From positions 41,906 through 105,905 of the forward strand of contig DUNN01000011.1 of NCBI GenBank assembly GCA_012839345.1: a DNA stretch of 64,000 nucleotides, read 5' to 3'. Every line of letters starts with the position of its first letter. Position 1 is the stretch's first letter. This DNA is from Clostridiales bacterium (GTDB lineage Bacteria > Bacillota > Clostridia > Oscillospirales > Acutalibacteraceae). Positions 48,855 to 58,867 of the stretch are shown in pieces. The notes below the pieces were generated by a model. The model searched no databases. It was not told the DNA's origin and worked only from the letters and a program-made list of their open reading frames with translations. Both the position numbers and the translations under genes were made by a program.

Positions 48855-48933
48855 GCTAGTTGCGCAAATGAATTCAATGGCAGTTGTATATATTTCATAA
48901 AATAGTATTAAATTGGTTGTGTAATATAGAATG

Positions 48934-48984
48934 TTGACACATTATTGATCTGGTGATATATTATAAAAGGACAACCGGTTGCGC
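48934..48984 (+). promoter_or_regulatory. SigA promoter with LacI-type operator
   Basis: TTGACA-17-(TG)TATATT; CG-centred palindrome CAACCGGTTG at 48972-48981. Confidence 0.75.
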
Positions 48985-49031
48985 TATAGGCAATCGAATG
49001 GACCGAATTATTTATGAAGGAGACAGTGAGT

Positions 49032-50363
49032 ATGAAAAAGGTCATCGCGATGTTGCTTACTCTCGCTCTGACTGCCGGGTTACTTTCTGGGTGCGGCCAG
49101 GCTAACAGCAACTCATCCGCTGCTAGTGCAGCCACAAGCGCACCCTCATCTACAGCCGACACAGCAAGCCATAAACTAACCGTTTGGTGCTGGGATATGA
49201 ATTTCAATGGTGCTGCCATGAATAAAGCCGCTGAAATTTACAAGAAGACCGACCCGAATTTTGAACTGGAAGTGGTCGACCAAGGGGACTGGGATACTGT
49301 TCAGACAAAATTATCCACGATTGCTTCTTCGAAAGATTACTCTCAGCTGCCGGATATTATCCTGATTCAGGATAACGCATTCCAGAAAAACTATAAGGGC
49401 TACCCCGATGTTTTTGTGGACCTGACCAACAAAATTGATTACAGCAAGTTTGCGGAAGGAAAAACCAAGTATTCGGTGGTAGACGGCAAAAACTACGGTG
49501 TGCCGTTTGACAACGGCGCTGTCATTTACGGTTATCGAACCGATATTTTGGAACAAGCTGGTTATACCATTGATCAGTTCACGAACATCACATGGTCAAC
49601 CTGGTTAAAGCAGGCGAAGGATGTTCTCCAAAAGACCGGAAAACCACTTCTTTCCTGCCAGGCGGGTTCTTCCGATATTATCAATATGATGCTGCAGTCC
49701 GCCGGTGCCTCTTTGTTTGATGCGCAGGGCAATGTCAATATTGTGAATAATGACGTTCTTTACAAAGTAGCAGATACATATATGCAGATGCTGAAGGACG
49801 GAACCTGCATCGAGTGCACCGACTGGTCCGGCTACACGGACTCTTTCACAAGCGGTTCTGTTGCAGGCACCATGACCGGCTGCTGGATTGCGGCCACCAT
49901 ACAGAAAGCCGAGGATCAGAAAGGAAAATGGAAGATTACTAATATTCCTTCCTTGGATGGCGTGAAAGGCGCAACCAACTACTCGAATAACGGCGGGTCC
50001 ACCTGGGCGGTTACTTCTAATTGCAAGAATGTAGATCTTGCGGCAGACTTCTTCGCAAAGACATTCGCAGGTTCCACCGACCTGTATGATGGTGTTGCGA
50101 ATGCAGGCGTTCTGGCAACTTATCTGCCGGCGGCGAAATCCTCCGTTTACAGCCAGCCAAACGAATTCTTCGGTGGTCAGCCGATTATGCAGATCATTAC
50201 CGAATATGCAAGCCATGTTCCGGCAATCAATGGCGGTGCGTACTATTACGATGCCCGCGATGCGGTCTGCAACGCAATCGTTAAAATTCAGTCCGGTACC
50301 GATGCCAAAACAGCATTCCAGGAAGCAGAGGATACTGTGAATTTCAGCATGGGCAAAAATTAA
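49032..50363 (+). CDS. Galacto-oligosaccharide/lactose-type ABC solute-binding lipoprotein
   Basis: Lipobox LSGC, LTVWCWD, YGVPFD, NNGGS; GH53/GH42 context. Confidence 0.88.
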   Translation: MKKVIAMLLTLALTAGLLSGCGQANSNSSAASAATSAPSSTADTASHKLTVWCWDMNFNGAAMNKAAEIYKKTDPNFELEVVDQGDWDTVQTKLSTIASSKDYSQLPDIILIQDNAFQKNYKGYPDVFVDLTNKIDYSKFAEGKTKYSVVDGKNYGVPFDNGAVIYGYRTDILEQAGYTIDQFTNITWSTWLKQAKDVLQKTGKPLLSCQAGSSDIINMMLQSAGASLFDAQGNVNIVNNDVLYKVADTYMQMLKDGTCIECTDWSGYTDSFTSGSVAGTMTGCWIAATIQKAEDQKGKWKITNIPSLDGVKGATNYSNNGGSTWAVTSNCKNVDLAADFFAKTFAGSTDLYDGVANAGVLATYLPAAKSSVYSQPNEFFGGQPIMQIITEYASHVPAINGGAYYYDARDAVCNAIVKIQSGTDAKTAFQEAEDTVNFSMGKN

Positions 50364-50472
50364 CTTTTCCGGAATAATCATTTCATGATTGTTGTACGGC
50401 GGAGAATACCGCGCGGTATTTTCCGCCGTATATTCACATTATTTATGAAAAGGGGATCTTCCCGTGAAGATA

Positions 50473-51429
50473 ATGCGAAAAAATTACGATGCAAATAGCG
50501 ATACGGGGAGCAGCAAGGCGGCCGTTTTACCTTCCACGCAGGATTCTGGCCATCGGCTTACGCTCAAAAGACGCCAGTCATTGGCTGGCTGGATCTATAT
50601 CTTCCCGGCTGCGCTCCTAATCGTTGTAATGAGCTTTTATCCTATGATTCAGGCGCTGATCCTGTCATTCAAGACGGGTGTCAGCAACAATATGAAGTGG
50701 GCGGGGGTCTATAACTATACCCGTTTGGTTCAGGATAAAGTTTTTATTCAAGCGCTTTTGAATACCTTCATTTACCTGTTGATTCAGGTTCCTATCATGC
50801 TGATTCTGGCATTGATTTTGGCGTCCATCCTGAACAAACCGTCGCTCAAATGCAAAGGGCTTTTCCGCACCCTGATTTTCCTGCCCTGCGCAACTTCGCT
50901 CGTATCGTACTCCATCATTTTCCGCACCTTGTTTGCCATCAACGGTTATATCAATACGGTCCTGATTCATTTGGGAATCCTCTCGACCGGGTACAACTTC
51001 CTCGGGCATCCGAACAGCGCACGCATTGTGATTATTATCGCATTAATCTGGCGCTGGACCGGATACAACATGGTTTTCTATCTGTCCGGTTTGCAAAACA
51101 TCGATTCATCGGTTTACGAAGCGGCAAAGCTGGATGGTGCGTCCAAATCGCAGACCTTCTGGAAGATTACGGTACCGCTTTTAAAGCCTATGATTTTGTT
51201 GACCGCAATCATGTCTACCAACGGAACGCTTCAGCTGTTCGATGAATCTGTCAACATTACCAGCGGCGGACCGGCAAACGCCTCCATTACCTTGTCCCAT
51301 TACATCTATAACCTGTCGTTTAAGTACATGCCGAACTTTGGATATGCAGCGGCGATTTCCTATGTGATTCTGGTCATTGTGGCTGTTTTGGCGTTCCTGC
51401 AAATGAAAGTGGGTGATACGCGTGACTAA
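50473..51429 (+). CDS. Carbohydrate ABC transporter permease
   Basis: WRWTGYNM, YEAAKLDGA, LQLFDE; start approximate. Confidence 0.9.
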   Translation: MRKNYDANSDTGSSKAAVLPSTQDSGHRLTLKRRQSLAGWIYIFPAALLIVVMSFYPMIQALILSFKTGVSNNMKWAGVYNYTRLVQDKVFIQALLNTFIYLLIQVPIMLILALILASILNKPSLKCKGLFRTLIFLPCATSLVSYSIIFRTLFAINGYINTVLIHLGILSTGYNFLGHPNSARIVIIIALIWRWTGYNMVFYLSGLQNIDSSVYEAAKLDGASKSQTFWKITVPLLKPMILLTAIMSTNGTLQLFDESVNITSGGPANASITLSHYIYNLSFKYMPNFGYAAAISYVILVIVAVLAFLQMKVGDTRD

Positions 51430-52255
51430 TCAAACCAGAAAACATAAAAATCCCAAAGATGTCAGTGTTGGAAACTATATCTTTCTGATTATCGTTTGTA
51501 TTATTTCCGTATTCCCACTGTTTTGGATGTTTGTTGCATCTACAAACAAAAGCGTTGATGTCGTTTCGGGCACGCTGATTCCCGGCACCTATATTGCGGA
51601 AAACTATAAAAAACTGATTGCGGGCACCAACCTTTGGACGGCTATGTGGAATTCGTTCAAATATTCCGTTACCTTAACGTTCTTCTGTCTGGTGGTTTGC
51701 TCGTTGGCAGGCTATGGCTTCGAAGTGTATCACAATAAGGCGAAGGACCGGTTGTTTTCGGTGATTTTGCTGGCGATGATGGTCCCCTTTGCGGCCACCA
51801 TGATTCCGCTTTATCAAATGTGTTCCGAGATGGGGCTGCTCAATACAACAGCTGGCTTTATTTTACCAACCATTTCTACGCCGTTTATGATTATGCTGTT
51901 CCGTCAAAATTCCCGCTCTTTCCCGCACGATATTATTGAAGCGTCCAGAATTGATGGTTTGGGTGAATTACAGATTTTTTTGAGCATGTATATCCCGACG
52001 CAGAAATCCACATTTGCGGCTGCTATGACCATTACCTTTATGAACGCATGGAACAGCTACCTGTGGCCGAAGGTGATTATGCTGAAGAACGACAGCATTA
52101 CTATGCCGATGTTGATTGCCGGCTTGAAATCTGGTTATGTTACGGACTACGGTGTGTTAATGCTTGCAGTTTTGTTCTGCACGCTGCCTACGGTTCTAAT
52201 TTTCTTTGTTCTTCAAAAACAGTTTGCACAGGGCATTACAGGCTCCGTGAAATAA
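51422..52255 (+). CDS. Carbohydrate ABC transporter permease
   Basis: EASRIDG, FMNAWNSYLWP, GITGSVK; start approximate. Confidence 0.9.
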   Translation: MTNQTRKHKNPKDVSVGNYIFLIIVCIISVFPLFWMFVASTNKSVDVVSGTLIPGTYIAENYKKLIAGTNLWTAMWNSFKYSVTLTFFCLVVCSLAGYGFEVYHNKAKDRLFSVILLAMMVPFAATMIPLYQMCSEMGLLNTTAGFILPTISTPFMIMLFRQNSRSFPHDIIEASRIDGLGELQIFLSMYIPTQKSTFAAAMTITFMNAWNSYLWPKVIMLKNDSITMPMLIAGLKSGYVTDYGVLMLAVLFCTLPTVLIFFVLQKQFAQGITGSVK

Positions 52256-52504
52256 GAGCAAGGTATCAATCGAAATAAACACCATAGACGTGTAAAAAAT
52301 CATGTTTTACGAATGAGCAGCATTCTTTTCGGCTTAAGGAATTGAAGAACCGGGTTGTTGTAACCGGGGAAGTCCTGGTTTCCGGCCAAATTCGATGCAG
52401 GGCACTGGGTACCCACGGTCATGTAGGATTCGATTCCGTGGGATACCGGATAGCGAAGTCCGTGCCCGTAAGCTCTTTACGTTCCACATGAAAGGGATTT
52501 ATAT

Positions 52505-54337
52505 ATGGACAAAATGATTTTAAACTTGATTCACCGGCCCGAAATGGTGCCGGAGTATGCTGAAAAAATAACCGGCCGCGGTAAGGCGGAAGATATCGGG
52601 CGAAAGTCCCTCCTTACAGAGAGCCTGGATATTTTCAAAACCCAGCAGCGCCTGGCCCATGAAAATGGGCTGAAGACCACGATTCAAATGACCTATTCAA
52701 GCCTTTTCAATGAGGAAGCGGTTCGTCTTGCCAAGGAACATCACAAACAATATGGGGACGAAATTGCATTGACCCTTCTGGGTTTGCCCTGCAAGGAATT
52801 CCGCGAAAAGTACAAAACCAAGGATTTTTGCATTTGGATGTTTTCCTTGGAAGATAAAAAGACGATTGTGCGCGATGTTTTTGAAAAGTTCCATGAATGC
52901 TTTGGCTTTTACCCAGAATCGACCGGTTCCTATTTTATGGATGCGGAACTGATTAACTACATCAAAGAAACTTATCCGACCGTCAAATGTGCCGTGGCCA
53001 CTTGCTGGGAAGAGGGTCCGAAGGCGTACCATACCTGCAACAACAGTTGGTATACTTTTCTGGACGGAGGCCCGTGGGCCCCGTGGATTCCGTCGAAGGC
53101 GAACTCACATGCACCGGCTGCCAACGCGGCGGAAGACAGCGGTATTGTCGCCATTCCGCATTTAAGCCGTGATTTGATTGCGTGCTATGACGGCAATGGT
53201 TCCAACTTCGGCACGCACCCGCAAAATGTTCTGCGTGGTATGATTTACCGGGATGGGGAGTATCCGTATCTGTATAATCTGATTGATCAATTCCGTTATC
53301 AGGCGAAGTTTAACAATGGTTATTCTTATAACATGATGTTTGTCGGCCCGGGCTGGATGAATAAAATGGGCCGGTGGGAAGCCCCCTATGAGCTGCTGTA
53401 CAAAGCGTATAGCGATGGATGTGCCTATTATGGCCAATTAAAGAAGGAAGGCAAACTTGCCGATATGACCATGAGCGAGTTCGCCGACTACTACCGGATG
53501 AAAAAAAATTATACAGAGCCGGAGTGTGCGCTTTGGCGGGATATCCTCTATGGCAGCAAAAAACAGGTGTTTTGGTACTGTGACCCCTATATACGCGCCT
53601 GCGTCAATATGGATGAGGGCGGAGCAGTGGTTGACTTAAGACCCTATGTCGCAAAAATTGACTGGCCGGTCGGAATCGGGACAAAGCATGTGCAGAACGC
53701 CAGTTATCCGTTCCTAATTCAGGAAAAATACCGCGCGGGCTATTTTACGCATTACGCCGGCGAAGGAACCGTGCGCAGTGCGAAGATGGTACATAACGGA
53801 GAACAGGTTGACCTTTGCCTGTGCCGCACGAAGGCACATTTTACACAGGAAGGCAAGTGCCGGATCCTCACTTTAGACCCTGTGGAGATAGAATTTTCGG
53901 ATTTGACCGTAAAATTACAGACAGTCATTACATTTGAAGAGGGCAGCAGCCGAATTCGCTTTGACCGCAGAATTATAGAGATGAGCGACCCAAATGCCGA
54001 GGTATCCATTGATGAATACATGGTTGCATGCTATGGTACCACCGAGTATCCGGAGGACATGACACCACTGACCCTGGAACTCGCGAAAGATGATGTAAAA
54101 ACGAAGCTGGCGTTTGCATACAAATGCCGCGAGCAGTCAATGGATGGCGCTGATTATACGGCCTGCATTCTTCCACCGATTGATACACGCGTTTCTCTGA
54201 CCTGCCAGGGAAGAGAGAAAACGGGATATTTTAAAGAGGGTTACGCATTCAGCCCCATGTTTACGCTTGGCTACACCGGGAAATTGAAAAATGGGGAGGT
54301 CTTCACAACATGGCTCAATCTGGAAAAGGCCGATTAA
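52505..54337 (+). CDS. Uncharacterised 610-aa cytoplasmic protein, possible GH57/GH38/CE4-like barrel enzyme
   Basis: Long clean ORF in sugar operon; FEKFHECFGFYPESTG motif recalls (beta/alpha)7 carbohydrate enzymes. Confidence 0.6.
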   Translation: MDKMILNLIHRPEMVPEYAEKITGRGKAEDIGRKSLLTESLDIFKTQQRLAHENGLKTTIQMTYSSLFNEEAVRLAKEHHKQYGDEIALTLLGLPCKEFREKYKTKDFCIWMFSLEDKKTIVRDVFEKFHECFGFYPESTGSYFMDAELINYIKETYPTVKCAVATCWEEGPKAYHTCNNSWYTFLDGGPWAPWIPSKANSHAPAANAAEDSGIVAIPHLSRDLIACYDGNGSNFGTHPQNVLRGMIYRDGEYPYLYNLIDQFRYQAKFNNGYSYNMMFVGPGWMNKMGRWEAPYELLYKAYSDGCAYYGQLKKEGKLADMTMSEFADYYRMKKNYTEPECALWRDILYGSKKQVFWYCDPYIRACVNMDEGGAVVDLRPYVAKIDWPVGIGTKHVQNASYPFLIQEKYRAGYFTHYAGEGTVRSAKMVHNGEQVDLCLCRTKAHFTQEGKCRILTLDPVEIEFSDLTVKLQTVITFEEGSSRIRFDRRIIEMSDPNAEVSIDEYMVACYGTTEYPEDMTPLTLELAKDDVKTKLAFAYKCREQSMDGADYTACILPPIDTRVSLTCQGREKTGYFKEGYAFSPMFTLGYTGKLKNGEVFTTWLNLEKAD

Positions 54338-54540
54338 ACTATCGCTGCCCATCCTGCTTTATGCGTGATTTGGACATCGATATGTTTTACGATAAGGAAA
54401 AGGACGAATTCTATTGCATACGCTGCCAGTATACCGGTAACGAGAAAGATGTTCTGGAAAAAAACGAAATGGCTCGCTTTCGTTACCGCGATATGTGCAA
54501 GCGGTACGAACTCGATGATTTTGAGAAGTTTGACGATTAG
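54310..54540 (+). CDS. Small zinc-ribbon protein
   Basis: CPSC...CIRC; GGAGG RBS; overlaps upstream gene by 28 nt. Confidence 0.75.
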   Translation: MAQSGKGRLNYRCPSCFMRDLDIDMFYDKEKDEFYCIRCQYTGNEKDVLEKNEMARFRYRDMCKRYELDDFEKFDD

Positions 54541-54603
54541 AATAATTGCAGCCAATCTGCACCGATTGGCTGCAATTACTGTTATATAGCAGGAGTGTGT
54601 GGA

Positions 54604-55737
54604 ATGAAACAATGGTATGTTGGAATGGACTGTTCCTCGTTGGAAGAGGTGGAGCAGTGCGGAGGCCGGTTCTTTGACCGTGGGAAGGAAGAAGACGTGA
54701 TGCAGATTCTGAAACACTACGGCGCAAATCTGATCCGTCTTCGTCTTTGGAACAATCCTTATTCCGAGTCCGGGGAACCGTATGGTGGCGGTACGAACGA
54801 TTTTCCCCGTACGGTGCGCCTTGCCAGGCGGGCGGCAGAGTTGGGGATGGACTGGTTGCTGGACTTTCACTACTCAGATTTTTGGACGGACCCGCAAAAG
54901 CAGTATTTGCCCAAAGCCTGGCGCGGCATGTGCGGTGCAGAACTGGAGCAGGCCGTATATTGTTACACAAAGGAAACGCTGCAAAGTTTAGAGAATCAAA
55001 AACTGCTGCCGCATATTGTTTCTGTCGGGAATGAAATTACAAATGGTTTGCTTTGGTCAGAGGAAAAGAAACCGGGACCCGCGGAAATTGCCAGGCTGGT
55101 CAGTGCCGGTATACATGCAGTAAAAGAAGTTTCGGAAACAATACTGGTTATGATACATTTGGACAACGGCGGCCGAAACGACCTTTACCGCGCATGGTTT
55201 GACCGCTATTTTGAGTATGACGGTGCAGATTTTGACTTGATTGGCTTAAGCTATTATCCCTTCTGGCATGGGTCGCTGGAAGATCTTCAGAATAACATGA
55301 ATGACCTGGCGCAGCGCTATGGCAAAGCGATGATTGTTGCAGAAACCAGCATGGCGTTTACACTGGAAGATTATTTAAGTAAGTCGGAGCGCGCGGCCGC
55401 CGTCGGGCGTGGTTTAGCCGTAACGCCGGAACTTGCGAAACGGGTGCCGTTCCCGGCAACACCCCAAGGGCAGGCCGACTTTCTTCGTGCACTGATGAAG
55501 AAAATTCATGATGTTCCCGGCCAGTTGGGGCGTGGGTTTATCTACTGGGAACCGGCGTGGCTTCCGGTAGAAGGTTCCGCTTGGGCGCTTGAACCAGGCT
55601 GCAAATATATCGGCGAAACGGGCAGCGGCGGGAACGAATGGGCGAATCAGGCGCTGTTTGATTATCGGGGGAACCGCCTTCCTGCATTGGAAACCATACG
55701 GGATTTCTACCGTAATCTCCAAAAAGAATCATTTTGA
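54604..55737 (+). CDS. GH53 endo-1,4-beta-galactanase, no signal peptide
   Basis: GMDCS, RLRLWNNP, DFHYSDFWTDP, VGNEI, GLSYYPFWHG, VAET, YWEPAW, NQALFD. Confidence 0.92.
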   Translation: MKQWYVGMDCSSLEEVEQCGGRFFDRGKEEDVMQILKHYGANLIRLRLWNNPYSESGEPYGGGTNDFPRTVRLARRAAELGMDWLLDFHYSDFWTDPQKQYLPKAWRGMCGAELEQAVYCYTKETLQSLENQKLLPHIVSVGNEITNGLLWSEEKKPGPAEIARLVSAGIHAVKEVSETILVMIHLDNGGRNDLYRAWFDRYFEYDGADFDLIGLSYYPFWHGSLEDLQNNMNDLAQRYGKAMIVAETSMAFTLEDYLSKSERAAAVGRGLAVTPELAKRVPFPATPQGQADFLRALMKKIHDVPGQLGRGFIYWEPAWLPVEGSAWALEPGCKYIGETGSGGNEWANQALFDYRGNRLPALETIRDFYRNLQKESF

Positions 55738-55833
55738 TTTTATAGGCCCCTGTGATTGGATTTCCTCAAAATCATAAACGCAGGGGCCGGTCTGTCACAC
55801 CCGACAAACCGGCCCCGTGAATTTATGTGTGGA

Positions 55834-57840
55834 TTACTCCTCACGTACCAACAGCACATCATATGGACTCAAGTGTTCCGCTGCGCTTAAAAGATTGCCG
55901 GACAAAAGATCCGTTTTCCCCTCGAATTCTTTCGGAAGGGGAAGGGTCCGGTCCGTTAGGTTGATAATGAAATAATAGCGTCTTTGACCGATGGTGCGGC
56001 AGGTTACTTCCAATTCTGTGGCTTCGTCTATAACCGGAGAAACGTGGGCAGCATTCACAACCTGGTCCAGCACTTTCGCCAATGCTTCCTCAGGAAGCTG
56101 CGTTCCAACATAGAATGCATTCCCCCGGCCGAATTCATGTTTGGTCACAGCCGGCGAGTCTGCATAAAAATTGCTGGTGTAATCGGCCAAACTGGTCGCA
56201 CCTTCCAGATGAATGATGTCGCACAGCAGATTACAGGTTGACGTGGTTCCGTCGGTAAATTTCAAGGTGTTGGTTTGCTCCGGCGCAAGTGCATCAATTT
56301 CTTCCACCCAGATTCCGGCCATCTTGCGCAGGGGACCGGGATACCCGCCAAGGTGGATATTGTCCGATTGATCCACAAGGCCACTCATGAAACCCGTCAC
56401 CAAAGTTCCACCGTTTTTCACATATGTTTCCAGTGCTTCCTGCATGCCGTCTTTTACCATATACAAGACCGGGGCAACAACAGCTTTGTACCGGGAGAAA
56501 TCTGCGTCTACCGGAATTATATCCACAGGAATGTTTCTCTTATAAAAATAGCTGTAATATTGGTGGATTTGATCCACATACTTCAAATCCTGGCTGGGGC
56601 CACTGGTATATTCCAGTGCCCAGTAATTATCCCAATCGAAAATAATGCCAACCTGAGCAGGGTTCTCCGCACCCAAAAACTGATCGCCTAATGCCGCGAG
56701 TTCTTTGCCCAGCTGAGCCACTTCGCGGAAGACCCGGGTGTTCTTTGTACCCACATGCTCAATGACCGCGCCATGAAATTTTTCACAGCCGCCGACGGAA
56801 CGGCGAAGCTGGAAAAACTGGATGGTGTCCGCGCCGTGGGCCAGTGTTTGGTAACTTTGCGCCCGCATTTGGCCGGGCTTTTTCAGGGAGTTGTACGGCT
56901 GCCAGTTCTGCTGGCTTGGCGTTTGTTCCATCAGCATGAACGGTCTGCCTTTTAACCCCCGCATTAAGTCGTGGCTCATCGCCACCAGGCTCCACGGCGT
57001 GTTGTAAGCAGGGTAGTTGTCCCACGACACAATATCCATTTCTTTTGCCCATTTAAAATAATCTAGATTTTTGTAGGTGCCCATCAGATTGGTTGTAATT
57101 GGCGTGTTCGCATCAAAGCGGCGGATGGCGTCGCGCTCCATTTTGAAGTTTTCAAGTATGCTGTCGGAGTTAAAGCGGCGGTAATCGATGGAGATGCCCG
57201 CGAAGGCTGTTTTGTTGGGGCCAAGTTCCTCGCTCAGGGCGTTGGGAAGCACGATTTCATCCCAGTCGTAAATTGTGTGTCCCCAGAATTCCAGATTCCA
57301 TGCTTGATTCAGTGCCTCAAGGGTCTTGTACTTTTGTTTCAGCCAGACCCGAAACGCCTTTTCACAGTTTTCACAAAAACATTCTCCGCCGTATTCATTG
57401 TTGACATGCCAGCAAACCACATGCTTGTTGCTGCCGTAACGTTCCGCCAGCTTTTCCGCCATGCGGCGTGCGAATTTTTGATAGACCAAACTGTTCGGGC
57501 AGGCGTTGTGGCGCTGCCCAAATTTGTGGTGGCGTCCCTCGTAGTCGGTCCGCATGACCTCCGGATACTTTTTCACCATCCACGCGGGCACAGCGGCGGT
57601 GGAAGTAGCCAGAACAATGTTGTAATTTTCCCTGCTGAGCATCTCGATGATCTCATCCAGCTCGTCAAAATTGTAGGTATCCTCTGCGGGTTGAATTTTT
57701 GCCCACGAGAATACATTGATGGTTACGCTGTTTATATGCGCATCGCGGAAGAAGTGCATATCCTCGGTCCAGATTTCTTTCGGCCATTGGTTAGGATTGT
57801 AGTCCCCGCCGTATAAAATTTGCTGAAATACTTTTTCCAT
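55834..57840 (-). CDS. GH42 beta-galactosidase
   Basis: GGDYNPNQW, WHVNNEYG, SWDNYP, LMEQTPS, EKFHG; GGAGG RBS. Confidence 0.94.
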   Translation of the reverse strand: MEKVFQQILYGGDYNPNQWPKEIWTEDMHFFRDAHINSVTINVFSWAKIQPAEDTYNFDELDEIIEMLSRENYNIVLATSTAAVPAWMVKKYPEVMRTDYEGRHHKFGQRHNACPNSLVYQKFARRMAEKLAERYGSNKHVVCWHVNNEYGGECFCENCEKAFRVWLKQKYKTLEALNQAWNLEFWGHTIYDWDEIVLPNALSEELGPNKTAFAGISIDYRRFNSDSILENFKMERDAIRRFDANTPITTNLMGTYKNLDYFKWAKEMDIVSWDNYPAYNTPWSLVAMSHDLMRGLKGRPFMLMEQTPSQQNWQPYNSLKKPGQMRAQSYQTLAHGADTIQFFQLRRSVGGCEKFHGAVIEHVGTKNTRVFREVAQLGKELAALGDQFLGAENPAQVGIIFDWDNYWALEYTSGPSQDLKYVDQIHQYYSYFYKRNIPVDIIPVDADFSRYKAVVAPVLYMVKDGMQEALETYVKNGGTLVTGFMSGLVDQSDNIHLGGYPGPLRKMAGIWVEEIDALAPEQTNTLKFTDGTTSTCNLLCDIIHLEGATSLADYTSNFYADSPAVTKHEFGRGNAFYVGTQLPEEALAKVLDQVVNAAHVSPVIDEATELEVTCRTIGQRRYYFIINLTDRTLPLPKEFEGKTDLLSGNLLSAAEHLSPYDVLLVREE

Positions 57841-57961
57841 CCATTTGCCTCCAGTTGGCATTATTTTAAATCGAATGATTTTATTATAGGGGAAACAATC
57901 AAAACAAGGTATAATAGGTTAAGCTAAATAATATAACATTTCGAAACAAGGTGGATGTAAC

Positions 57962-58780
57962 ATGCCGATCTATTTTAGCTTATCCCCACATAACCTTCCA
58001 CTTACGGTTGACAGTATTGGCAACCAATGGAATCAGGAGCATGTGCGGCGTGCCAGGGGCTATCCCCATTATCACTGGCTGCAAACAAATCGTGGCGTTG
58101 GAGAAATTGACTTGAGCGGAAAACGACTGGTTCTGCCGCAGGGGTGCGGCATTTTGATTGCGCCGTTTGTTCCCCACGTGTATTATTCGAAAGAAGGGGA
58201 GTGGACCACCTCGTTTGTAACCTTTGCGGGGGAACTTGCTTCCGGCATTAATAAAATTGTTGGGTATGAACCGTACATTCTGGCGCAGGATACCACGGAA
58301 TTTTCGTTTCAAAATTGGATTGACCAAACAATCGCCTGCTATGAATCGCATCAAATTGACCCGGTGCGGCTTTCAATCGGCTGCTATTCTTTTTTAATCA
58401 ATATTCAGCGCCTGCGGAAGTATCGGGTTTTTACACATCATCCGCTTTATCAACAATATGTTGCGCCGGTAATAAAAGAAATTGAAACATCTTATTCCGA
58501 AGACTTAACGGTCTGTAGGCTGGCCGGTACCGTTTATGTTACGCCGCAGTATTTGTCCCGGTTATTTCATCGCTTTCTCGGAATGTCAACAGGGATGTTC
58601 CTCCGAAATTTTCGCATGAACAAGGCGAAAGAACTGCTCATCACTCATCCCGAACTTGAAATTCAGCAAGTTGGTTACCGGGTTGGCTACCCCGATGCAA
58701 GCCATTTTATCGCAGTATTCCGAAATACCATTGGCAACACGCCTTTAGAGTTCCGCCAAATGCATATCAGCAAAAATTAA
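57962..58780 (+). CDS. AraC family regulator
   Basis: Cupin N-terminus; YLSRLF, RMNKAKELL, GY.DASHF..VFR...G.TP.EFR; divergent from GH42. Confidence 0.92.
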   Translation: MPIYFSLSPHNLPLTVDSIGNQWNQEHVRRARGYPHYHWLQTNRGVGEIDLSGKRLVLPQGCGILIAPFVPHVYYSKEGEWTTSFVTFAGELASGINKIVGYEPYILAQDTTEFSFQNWIDQTIACYESHQIDPVRLSIGCYSFLINIQRLRKYRVFTHHPLYQQYVAPVIKEIETSYSEDLTVCRLAGTVYVTPQYLSRLFHRFLGMSTGMFLRNFRMNKAKELLITHPELEIQQVGYRVGYPDASHFIAVFRNTIGNTPLEFRQMHISKN

Positions 58781-58867
58781 TCATTGAAAACGGCTGGCAG
58801 CGGAAGACTACGTGTGTTTCCCGCCTTGTAATATGTTTACTCTTGGAATCGTTCACAGGATGGGATT

